Assembly: GCA_041650395.1 (NCBI GenBank)
Contig: JBAZLG010000003.1
Span: 310,917 to 374,916 of the forward strand
Reading direction: 5' to 3'
Length of the DNA stretch: 64,000 nt
DNA from: Candidatus Micrarchaeia archaeon
Lineage (GTDB): Archaea > Micrarchaeota > Micrarchaeia > Anstonellales > VGKX01
In this document: piece by piece, positions 38,494-46,961 of the stretch
Position numbering within the stretch: the stretch's first letter is position 1
How the letters are laid out: every line of letters begins with the position of its first letter
Program-made: the position numbers and the translations under genes
The notes under the pieces: model-generated
The model's input: the letters and a program-made list of their open reading frames with translations, nothing else
What the model was told of the DNA's origin: nothing
Database searches by the model: none

Positions 38494-40644
38494 CTACTTG
38501 CAGAGATATACATAACCAGAAACAGTCGCCTGCCCGGAACAGCAATAGCTCTGGCTTGTGGCTGTCTTGCCCGCGGGAACGCAGCATTTCTTGTTGGAGC
38601 ATACAAGGCCGCTCTGGCAATCCGAGGATACAGAGCACGGGCCAAGGACGCTTGACTGGGGGCATGCCGTAGTCTGGGCTCTCCCGGAGCAGCAGTAATA
38701 GGGCGGATTATAAAGGTTAGGCGGGTTCCCGCAATAGCACATGCTGGTAATCTTGCCCTGGCCGCATTCCCTGTAGCACTGGTGCATGCCAACCCAGCAA
38801 TGGTATGTGGACGAGCAGTAGGCATAGCCGTCGCACATGCAGCTTGTCCCCCACGAGCCGCACTTGGCAGTGCACTTGGCGGTGGATGTTGAATAATAGG
38901 TAGTGCCTGTGCAGTATGCCTTTGCGGAGTCGAGGCAGTTCTGCTGCCCGTCCGAAGTGCACAATGGCACGCACTTCTTTGTGGCCGAATAGTAATACTT
39001 GCTTCCACTGCAAAGCGTATTGGAAGAGTCAAGGCAGTTTTGCTGGAGATTGGCCGTGCACTGCTGGGTGCAGGCGCTGTATTGGAGAACACCATTGCAG
39101 CAATAGCCTGAAACAGCAAGAGTGCCGCCGCAGTTGCAGCCTGTTGATACTACTGCGGCGTTGTTGGTGCATGAGGGCGCGCACACGTTGGTGAAGCAGT
39201 ACTGGCTTGTGCTGCAAACCGGCCCGTTGCCGCACTTGCACGTGCCCAGCTGGGCATTTGCACAGCATTGGGAAGTGGAATATGTATTCAGGCAGCAATA
39301 GCCTGAAGTCTTAAGCGAGCCTCCGCACAGGCAGCCTGATGAAGGTATGGCCCCTCCGGAGCACGCCACGGCGCACGTTGCCGACTGATGGGTGCCTGAA
39401 CAGCAAAAGCCGCTTGAATATATGCCGCTGCCGCACTTGCACGCGGAGGTTATGGAACCCTCGGAGCAGGAAGGGACGCATGTGTTCCCTGCGAGATAAC
39501 AATACTGGCTTGTGGTGCACACAGCGCCAGTCCCGCACTTGCATGAGCCCTGCTGCCCGTCAGTGCAGGCGACAGAGCATGCGCCGGACTGGCACGTGCC
39601 GCCATAACAGCAATACCTGCCTGTGGAGGAGGTGCAGACAGGGCCGGAAGTGCCGCACTTGCAGTCAAATACATTCAAGCCAGAGGCGCACTGGTCGTAA
39701 CAGCCGTTTACATCATAATGCCCGTCTGCGCAGCAGTAGCCGGAAGTCCTTGCCATTCCGCTGCACTTGCACTGCGAAGTTATCGGGCTGGTGTCGCTCC
39801 ATGCGCAGTCGGAAATGCAGGAGGCAGAACACGTGCCGTCAGTGCAGCACTTGCTTGAAGGCGAGCAGAGTGTGGAGGATGGGCCGCACTTGCACGTGGC
39901 ACTGACAGGGTTGTTGTTATTAGGCGTGCACGCCTGGGCGCAGGATGAGGAACATGACCCATCGGTACAGCACATGAGGCCTGCAGAGCAGACCTGATTG
40001 CCATTGCACCTGCACTGCTGGCTGGAGACAGAGCCTGTGGAGCACGCGGGGTAACAGTCGGACTTGCACGTGTTGTCGGAACAGCAATACTGCCCCGGGG
40101 AGCAGGTGCTTGAAGTCCCGCAAATGCAGGCCTGGCTGGCCTGCTGGCCTACGCCGCACTGCGAATATGCGGGGCAGGAAGTGCCCGAAGGCACGCACGC
40201 GCCATTGGAACAGCATGTCTGGCCTGAAGGGCATGTGCCAGTGCCGCCAACACTGCACGTGTTTGGAGGCGGATTGATTATTGATGATACCCAGCCGGAG
40301 CTGGAGCATGATACTGAAGTTCCTGCGAGCGTGGAGAGGAAGGGGGGCGCTACCGCGACCGTAGCCGCCGAGACAAGCGAGCCTGCCAGAAGGGTTGCAG
40401 CCCACACAGCGGCGCGCGCGCGCATTTCAGAGCCGGAGAACTGCCCGAACGCGTAGACGAGGCCGGACGAGATTGCGCCGATAAGGGAAACTATAGGAAG
40501 TACGGAAACAAGAGAGCCGCAAAGGTTTGAAGCAGTGGAATACAAAGTGTCGGTTTGCGAATATGCCAAGCCTGCGGCAATGGCCCAAACGAGCGCTAAA
40601 AACGAAATGCCCAAGAGGAAATCCCTGGCTTGAGAATGTCCCAT
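38494..40644 (-). CDS. Pilin-like (VirB2/TrbC-type) N-terminal domain fused to a ~590 aa cysteine-rich repeat tail (paralog A)
   Basis: Signal-like helix, then two hydrophobic helices separated by a charged loop (GQFSGSEMRARA); tail about one Cys in five, with C-x-C...CC repeats. Confidence 0.82.
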   Translation of the reverse strand: MGHSQARDFLLGISFLALVWAIAAGLAYSQTDTLYSTASNLCGSLVSVLPIVSLIGAISSGLVYAFGQFSGSEMRARAAVWAATLLAGSLVSAATVAVAPPFLSTLAGTSVSCSSSGWVSSIINPPPNTCSVGGTGTCPSGQTCCSNGACVPSGTSCPAYSQCGVGQQASQACICGTSSTCSPGQYCCSDNTCKSDCYPACSTGSVSSQQCRCNGNQVCSAGLMCCTDGSCSSSCAQACTPNNNNPVSATCKCGPSSTLCSPSSKCCTDGTCSASCISDCAWSDTSPITSQCKCSGMARTSGYCCADGHYDVNGCYDQCASGLNVFDCKCGTSGPVCTSSTGRYCCYGGTCQSGACSVACTDGQQGSCKCGTGAVCTTSQYCYLAGNTCVPSCSEGSITSACKCGSGIYSSGFCCSGTHQSATCAVACSGGAIPSSGCLCGGSLKTSGYCCLNTYSTSQCCANAQLGTCKCGNGPVCSTSQYCFTNVCAPSCTNNAAVVSTGCNCGGTLAVSGYCCNGVLQYSACTQQCTANLQQNCLDSSNTLCSGSKYYYSATKKCVPLCTSDGQQNCLDSAKAYCTGTTYYSTSTAKCTAKCGSWGTSCMCDGYAYCSSTYHCWVGMHQCYRECGQGKITSMCYCGNPPNLYNPPYYCCSGRAQTTACPQSSVLGPCSVSSDCQSGLVCSNKKCCVPAGKTATSQSYCCSGQATVSGYVYLCK

Positions 40645-42631
40645 ATATAATCCAGGGGATATTTGGCTGCAGTATATTTAATCCTGAGCAATTAGGGAAG
40701 CCGCCGGCATGATTGGAAAAAGGGCTTGCTCAAACGCAAACGTAATGCCCGCCGCTTTTCCTGCAAGAGTAGCCGGAGCAGCACTGCGAAGTGGAACTGC
40801 ACAGCATGCCATAGCCTATGCAGCAGTGATTGCTCTTGCACGCGAGGCCAGAACAGCAGGTATAGCCGGAAGTGCCCCCGCAGTAAGAGTTCTGAGTTGC
40901 GCATGAATAGGACGACTGCCACGTGCTTCCCTGGTTGTAGCAGTAGCCATAGGTCCTGATTGCGCCTGCGCAGTAGCACGCGCTTGTAATTTGCCCGTTG
41001 GGGCATTTGCCAACGCACTTGGAAGTGCCGGTGTAATAGTAATATGGCACACTGCTGTAACAGACATTGCCCGCGGTATCCACGCAGTTTTGCTGGAGGT
41101 TGGTTGTGCAGAGGTTGTAGCAGTTGGTTGCCTGCGGCACGCTGTTGCAGCAGTAACCCGAAGTGACAATTGTGGAACCGCACTTGCAGATGCTTGTGAC
41201 GGCCGCATTGTTGGTGCAGGCCGGGGCCACGCGGCAGTTGTAGCCGCCCACATAGTCGCAATAGCCATTTGAATTGCACAGGGTCTGGCCGCACTGGCAA
41301 TAACCCTGCTGGTTTTGTGCGCAGCACGAATACGTTGCCGAGTAGGTGCCCGAACAACAGTATCCTGACGTCTTTAGCACTCCATTGCACAGGCAGCCGG
41401 AAGAAGGTATGGCCCCTTCGGAGCACGCCACGGCGCACGTTGCCGACTGATGCGTGCCTGAACAGCAAAAGCCGCTTGAATATATGCCGCTGCCGCACTT
41501 GCACGCGGAGGAGATGGAACCCTCGGAGCAGGAAGGGACGCAGGTGTTCCCTGCGAGATAACAATACTGGCTTGTGGTGCACACAGCGCCAGTCCCGCAC
41601 TTGCATGAGCCCTGCTGCCCGTCAGTGCAGGCGACAGAGCATGCGCCGGACTGGCACGTGCCGCCATAACAGCAATACCTGCCTGTGGAGGAGGTGCAGA
41701 CAGGGCCGGAAGTGCCGCACTTGCAGTCAAATACATTGAACCCGGAAGCGCACTGGTCGTAACAGCCAGTTACATCATAATGCCCGTCGGCGCAGCAGTA
41801 GCCGGAAGTCCTTGCCATTCCGCCGCACTTGCATTGCGAAGTTATCGGGCTGGTGTCGCTGTGTGCGCAGTCAGGGACGCAGGATGAGCCGCAAGTGCCG
41901 TCAGAGCAGCAATACTGGCTCGGATAACAGATGCTTGCCGAAGGCCCGCAGGTGCATTCTGCCGCAAGCGGGGCAGTGTTGCTTTGCGGGCACGAGCAAA
42001 ATATCTTGCACGTGCCATCTGAACAGCACGTCAAGCCGGAGGAGCAGACCTGGTTGCCATTGCACCTGCACTGCTGGCTGGAGACAGAGCCTGTGGAGCA
42101 GGCAGGGTAACAGTCGGACTTGCACGTGTTGTCGGAACAGCAATACTGCCCCGGGGAGCAGGTGTTGGAAGTCCCGCAAATGCAGGTCTGGCTGGCCTGC
42201 TGGCCTACGCCGCACTGCGAATAGGACGGGCAGGAAGCGGTCGGGGCCACGCATGCCCCGCTCGAACAGCATTTCTGCCCAGCGCCGCACGCGCCCGCGC
42301 CCTGGCACGAGCATTGGGCGCTTGCTGTTGCGCCCGGGGTGCAGGCAGGGAGGCTGTTAAGGTCGAAAAACCAGCTCGGGCCCGAACCCTGGCAGCTCAC
42401 TTCAGAGCCAAGCATTGTCGAAAGCACAGGAGGCGCCACGGCCACTGCAATCGCCGAGACAAGCGAGCCTGCCAGAAGGGTTGCAGCCCACACAGCGGCG
42501 CGCGCGCGCATTTCAGAGCCGGAAAACTGCCCGAAAGCGTAGACGAGGCCGGACGAGATTGCGCCGATAAGGGAAACTATAGGAAGTACGGAAACCAGCG
42601 AGCCGCAAAGGTTTGAAGCAGTGGAATACAA
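39325..42631. repeat. Three near-identical direct-repeat blocks shared by the two pilin-Cys genes
   Basis: 39325-39798 ~ 41387-41860; 39986-40167 ~ 42042-42223; 40367-40545 ~ 42453-42631; separated by diverged segments. Confidence 0.9.
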
Positions 42632-42730
42632 GGGGTCGTTTTGGGAATAGGAAAGCCCGGCTATGGCAATCCATGCAATCATGAAAAACAAAGCCGCAAA
42701 AAGGAAGTCCCGTGATTGAGATATGCCCAT
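40730..42730 (-). CDS. Pilin-like (VirB2/TrbC-type) N-terminal domain fused to a cysteine-rich repeat tail (paralog B)
   Basis: Same architecture as paralog A; start MGISQSRDF at 42730 aligns with MGHSQARDF; own TATA (TTTAAATA) upstream. Confidence 0.82.
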   Translation of the reverse strand: MGISQSRDFLFAALFFMIAWIAIAGLSYSQNDPLYSTASNLCGSLVSVLPIVSLIGAISSGLVYAFGQFSGSEMRARAAVWAATLLAGSLVSAIAVAVAPPVLSTMLGSEVSCQGSGPSWFFDLNSLPACTPGATASAQCSCQGAGACGAGQKCCSSGACVAPTASCPSYSQCGVGQQASQTCICGTSNTCSPGQYCCSDNTCKSDCYPACSTGSVSSQQCRCNGNQVCSSGLTCCSDGTCKIFCSCPQSNTAPLAAECTCGPSASICYPSQYCCSDGTCGSSCVPDCAHSDTSPITSQCKCGGMARTSGYCCADGHYDVTGCYDQCASGFNVFDCKCGTSGPVCTSSTGRYCCYGGTCQSGACSVACTDGQQGSCKCGTGAVCTTSQYCYLAGNTCVPSCSEGSISSACKCGSGIYSSGFCCSGTHQSATCAVACSEGAIPSSGCLCNGVLKTSGYCCSGTYSATYSCCAQNQQGYCQCGQTLCNSNGYCDYVGGYNCRVAPACTNNAAVTSICKCGSTIVTSGYCCNSVPQATNCYNLCTTNLQQNCVDTAGNVCYSSVPYYYYTGTSKCVGKCPNGQITSACYCAGAIRTYGYCYNQGSTWQSSYSCATQNSYCGGTSGYTCCSGLACKSNHCCIGYGMLCSSTSQCCSGYSCRKSGGHYVCV

Positions 42731-42926
42731 GCTATCGGAATCAATATCCCCGCCCGGATATTTAAACTTGCGGTAGGTGCGGGCCCCGACGGGCATGGCA
42801 GGAGGATTAGGAAGGGAAAGCAGGCAGGGCGCCTCGTAGCGCGGGCTACAATATAATTATAAATCATATTAATTATACTTATTTTATGTCCCATGCCCAG
42901 GCATGGGAAAAAGCGTGGGGGATTTT

Positions 42927-43079
42927 ATGTCTATAGTAGAGTTCGGCGAATACAAGGGCAACAAGCTCATAAAGCTCAAAAGGGACGAGAACGACCAATA
43001 CCCGTTCAGCTTCGGCAAGTCAAAGGCAAAGCTCATTGTCGAGAACTTTGAGGAAATAAAGAAATTCGCAGAGGAATAA
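42927..43079 (+). CDS. Small protein (50 aa), possibly PC4-like ssDNA-binding fold
   Basis: MSIVEFGEYKGNKLIKLKRDENDQYPFSFGKSKAKLIVENFEEIKKFAEE*; GGGGA upstream; strongly C/G-ending codons; below the ORF-track cutoff. Confidence 0.8.
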   Translation: MSIVEFGEYKGNKLIKLKRDENDQYPFSFGKSKAKLIVENFEEIKKFAEE

Positions 43080-43133
43080 GAGAGGCTCGCGCCTCCATTC
43101 CCGGCATTGGCCCTTGGATAAAAACGTGGAACA

Positions 43134-44258
43134 TTGGCTGACGCAGGCATAATATCAATAGGCAACTTCGACCCTTCGAGGCTGTTGCCCTTCATTTTCG
43201 CCGCGATAGTGGCGTATTCCCTCGCAAAGGCGCTAAATTATTCCATAAAAATATTGGCAAAAAGGATAGCGGGCAAGACCAAAACCATACTGGACGACCT
43301 TATCCTGAACGCCATAGACAATCCCCTGACAATCGGCCTGACAGGATTGAGCATATACATAGCCGCGGTGTTCTCCGGCATAGACGGCCTGCCGGTTTTC
43401 CAGTTCGTATCGAGGGAATTCCTAATCCTGCTTGCGGCCTACACCCTGTACAACCTCTTTTGCGCAACCCTGCGCTGGTACGTGGCGGAGGTCGCGCCAA
43501 AGCGCAATCCCGGCATTGCCGAGATGGAAACGACAATCAGGCGGATTGCCGGCATATTCATAGTTTCAGCCGCAATAATCATGATACTCACTGCGGCCGG
43601 CATCGAGGTCAGCCCCCTGCTCGCGTCATTTGGCATTGCGGGCCTGGCTGTCGCGCTGGCGTTCCAGGACACGCTTGGCAATTTCTTCGCGGGCATATAC
43701 ATTTCACTTGACAGGCCCATAAAGGACGGGGATTACATACAGCTTGAGACAGGTCAGGAGGGATATGTGGAGAAAATAGGCTGGAGGAGCGCGAAAATCA
43801 GGCTTATCACCAACAACACGGTGATTGTCCCGAACTCAAAGCTGGCCTCGAGCATACTGACAAATTTCTACGCGCCCGACAAGACGCTGACCATACTGAT
43901 TCCCTGCTCGGTAAGCTATGCCACAGACCTGAAAAAGGCGAAAAAAGTCGCTATCGAGGCAATGAAGAGGCTGCAAAAGGCGGACAAGGCGATAGACAAG
44001 AAAACCGAGCCCATTGTCTGGTTCGAGCAGTTCGCCGATTCGGGCGTGACATTCAAGGCGTGGCTTGCCATAACAGAGTATTACGAGAAATACCGCGTCA
44101 CAAGCGAGGCGATAATCGCCATCCACGAGGCTTTCAGGAAAAACGGCATAGAGATACCGTATCCAAAGCGCGACGTTTACATCAGGCAGGCCCCGGGCGG
44201 GGCGGCCCTTCCAAGGCAGGGCTGGCATTTGTCTGAAAGCAAGGGCGCCAAACCCTGA
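43134..44258 (+). CDS. Small-conductance mechanosensitive channel (MscS family)
   Basis: GLAVALAFQDTLGNFFAG..I.LDRPIKDGDYI...G.VEKIGWRS...VPNS...GIEIPYP; TTG start. Confidence 0.95.
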   Translation: MADAGIISIGNFDPSRLLPFIFAAIVAYSLAKALNYSIKILAKRIAGKTKTILDDLILNAIDNPLTIGLTGLSIYIAAVFSGIDGLPVFQFVSREFLILLAAYTLYNLFCATLRWYVAEVAPKRNPGIAEMETTIRRIAGIFIVSAAIIMILTAAGIEVSPLLASFGIAGLAVALAFQDTLGNFFAGIYISLDRPIKDGDYIQLETGQEGYVEKIGWRSAKIRLITNNTVIVPNSKLASSILTNFYAPDKTLTILIPCSVSYATDLKKAKKVAIEAMKRLQKADKAIDKKTEPIVWFEQFADSGVTFKAWLAITEYYEKYRVTSEAIIAIHEAFRKNGIEIPYPKRDVYIRQAPGGAALPRQGWHLSESKGAKP

Positions 44259-44399
44259 AATGCCCGCTTTGCACTGCCACGCGGCTGCCGCGCCTTCCCG
44301 GCGCAAAAGCCGGGCCTGCCATTCTGCTTATTATTTTAAATTATAGCCGGCAATTCCTATACCCTGAAAAAGCAACGGGTTGTGGGGCGGAGAATCATA

Positions 44400-46943
44400 A
44401 TGCAACTAACTCCAGGCATGCGCCAGTACATGGAGGTCAAAGGCAAGCATCCGGACTGCCTAGTGCTATTCAGGATGGGCGACTTCTTCGAGACTTTTTA
44501 TGACGACGCGCGGACAGTCTCGCGCGAGCTTGACATAGTGCTCACGTCAAGGGGCAAGGACGAGAAAAAGGCGCCGCTTGCCGGGATACCGTTCCACGCG
44601 CTGGACAGCTACCTGGCAAAGCTTGTCAAAAAGGGCTACAAGGTGTGCATCGTAGAGCAGCTTGAGGACCCGAAGCTTGCAAAGGGGCTTGTGAAGAGGG
44701 GAGTGGTAAGGATAATCACCCCGGGCACGGTTGTCGAGGAGAACATACTTTCCAAGGATTCGAACAACTACATCTGCGCAGTGGCAAAGGACAAGGATAC
44801 CTACGGCATCGCGTTCGCGGACATATCTACAGGCGAATTCGTGGCGACCCAGGCGGAAGGCGAGGCCAAGCTGCTCTCGGAAATCGAGAAATTCAAGCCA
44901 ACGGAGGCCATAATACCCGCGGCGCTAGCCGACCATTCGATAGCGAAGTCCATCAGGGACAGGGGCGCGTTCGTGAATTCATTCGACGAGCGCCATTTCT
45001 GGGAGGACAGCGCCAAAAAGGAGCTGATGGGGCATTTCAATGTCTCGTTCCTGGACGGGTTCGGGCTTGCGGGGAAACCCGCGGCTGCCTGCGCAGCAGG
45101 CGCTCTGCTCGCCTACCTGAAAAAGCACCAGATGTCCCAAATCACGCACGTCAAGAAAGTGTCCTACTACTCTCCCGAAGGATTCATGCTTCTAGACTCG
45201 GCGACCATCAGGAACCTGGAGATTGTGAGGAACATCAGGGACGGCTCGAGCCAGGGAACGCTTTTTGAAATGCTTGACAGGACCAAAACGCCCATGGGCA
45301 CGCGCACGCTCAAGCGCTACCTACTCCAGCCGCTGATGGACATCAGGGAGATTGAAAAAAGGCACGACGCAGTCTCCGAACTCGCAGGCAACACTTTCGC
45401 AGCGGAGAAAATCAGGGAGGCGCTTTCCCGCTTCGGCGATTTGGAGAGGATAAACGCCCGCGTGTCGCTTGGGACCGCCTCCCCGCGCGACCTGGTGGGG
45501 CTCAAGGCGTCGCTTGCCGCGATACCCGCCCTCAAAAGGGAGGTGGCGCCGTTCAAGTCGGGGCTGCTTGCCCAGGCGGCCGGGATGCCGGGCATGGAGG
45601 AACTGCATTCACTTCTGGACTCGGCCATAAAGGACGAGCCCGCGGCAACCACTAGGGAGGGAAACATCATCAAGGAAGGCTATAACGGCCAGCTCGACGC
45701 GTTGAGGAAATCCGGGAGTTCCGCACGCGCGGAAATTGAAAAAATGGAGGAAGAAGAGAAGGCGCGCACGGGCATCAGGACGCTCAAGATAAAATTCAAC
45801 AGGGTTTTCGGCTATTTCATTGAAATTTCCAACTCATACCTCAAGCAGGTGCCGCCCGAATACCAGCGCAAGCAGACGCAGGCCAACAGCGAGAGGTTCA
45901 CCACGGATAGGCTAAAGCAGATAGAGACTGGCTATCTCGGCGCGCAGGAGAAAAGCATTGCCCTAGAATACGAGCTTTTCATGGAAGTGCTCGCAAAGGC
46001 AGCGCTAAATTCCGGGAAGATGCTCGAGGCTGCCGGGCAGATAGCCTCGATAGACTGCATGCTCTCCCTTGCACAGGCGGCGGCCGAAAACGGCTATGTC
46101 AGGCCTGCCATGTCGGAATCATACGCGATGTCGGTCGTGAACGGCAGGCACCCCGTGGTTGAGAGGATTGCGCCCGGGTTCGTGAAAAACGACTGCGCGT
46201 TTTCCGACGCGGAGAAAATGAAGATAATCACGGGCCCGAACATGGCTGGCAAATCCACATATCTGAGGCAGAACGCGCTTGCCATACTCATGGCGCAGGC
46301 GGGCAGCTTCGTCCCGGCGGACAGCGCCGCCATGGGCGTCGTGGACAGGATATTCTCGCGCGTGGGCGCGTATGACGACCTGTCCATGGGGCAGTCCACG
46401 TTCATGGTTGAAATGAGCGAGTGCGCGAACATACTCAACAATGCCACGGCAAGGTCCTTTGTCATACTCGACGAGGTAGGGAGGGGCACAAGCACGTACG
46501 ACGGATTCGCGCTTGCGACGGCCATTGCGGAGCACCTGTATTCGAAAATAGGCGCGAAGACCCTCTTCGCCACGCATTATCACCAGCTAAACGGCCTCGC
46601 AAAGTCTTTCCCGGGGATAAGGAACTACCACGCGCTTGTCAGCGAGGACAACGGCGAGATAACCTTCCTGAGGAAAATCGTGAAGGGCGGGACAGACAAG
46701 AGCTATGGCATACACGTGGCAAAGCTTGCGGGCGTCCCGGACGGCGTGATACGCCGCTCGCGCGAGGTCATGGCTAGGATAGAATCGGAAAACGGCGTGC
46801 CAAAGTCCGTCGAGTCGACCACCACCACGAAGTCAGACATTGAACTGCACGAGCCTGACACGGGCAAGAAAATCAAGATTCGCGAGGAAAAGACCGAGAC
46901 GAGGTACAAGGACAAGGGGCAAAAGACGCTAATGGACGCATGA
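44400..46943 (+). CDS. mutS: DNA mismatch repair protein MutS (MutS1)
   Basis: LTPGMRQY, FRMGDFFE (Phe-X-Glu), RIITPGT, ITGPNMAGKSTYLRQ, STFMVEM, DEVGRGTST, FATHYH, SYGIHVA.LAG. Confidence 0.97.
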   Translation: MQLTPGMRQYMEVKGKHPDCLVLFRMGDFFETFYDDARTVSRELDIVLTSRGKDEKKAPLAGIPFHALDSYLAKLVKKGYKVCIVEQLEDPKLAKGLVKRGVVRIITPGTVVEENILSKDSNNYICAVAKDKDTYGIAFADISTGEFVATQAEGEAKLLSEIEKFKPTEAIIPAALADHSIAKSIRDRGAFVNSFDERHFWEDSAKKELMGHFNVSFLDGFGLAGKPAAACAAGALLAYLKKHQMSQITHVKKVSYYSPEGFMLLDSATIRNLEIVRNIRDGSSQGTLFEMLDRTKTPMGTRTLKRYLLQPLMDIREIEKRHDAVSELAGNTFAAEKIREALSRFGDLERINARVSLGTASPRDLVGLKASLAAIPALKREVAPFKSGLLAQAAGMPGMEELHSLLDSAIKDEPAATTREGNIIKEGYNGQLDALRKSGSSARAEIEKMEEEEKARTGIRTLKIKFNRVFGYFIEISNSYLKQVPPEYQRKQTQANSERFTTDRLKQIETGYLGAQEKSIALEYELFMEVLAKAALNSGKMLEAAGQIASIDCMLSLAQAAAENGYVRPAMSESYAMSVVNGRHPVVERIAPGFVKNDCAFSDAEKMKIITGPNMAGKSTYLRQNALAILMAQAGSFVPADSAAMGVVDRIFSRVGAYDDLSMGQSTFMVEMSECANILNNATARSFVILDEVGRGTSTYDGFALATAIAEHLYSKIGAKTLFATHYHQLNGLAKSFPGIRNYHALVSEDNGEITFLRKIVKGGTDKSYGIHVAKLAGVPDGVIRRSREVMARIESENGVPKSVESTTTTKSDIELHEPDTGKKIKIREEKTETRYKDKGQKTLMDA

Positions 46944-46961
46944 GGGCAGGGTTTGGTTAAA

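Noticed and set aside
39325..42631. Diversity-generating retroelement template/variable repeat pair
   Set aside because: Mismatches between copies are not restricted to adenines (C/G and C/T changes occur), both copies are in-frame coding, and no reverse transcriptase is in the window.
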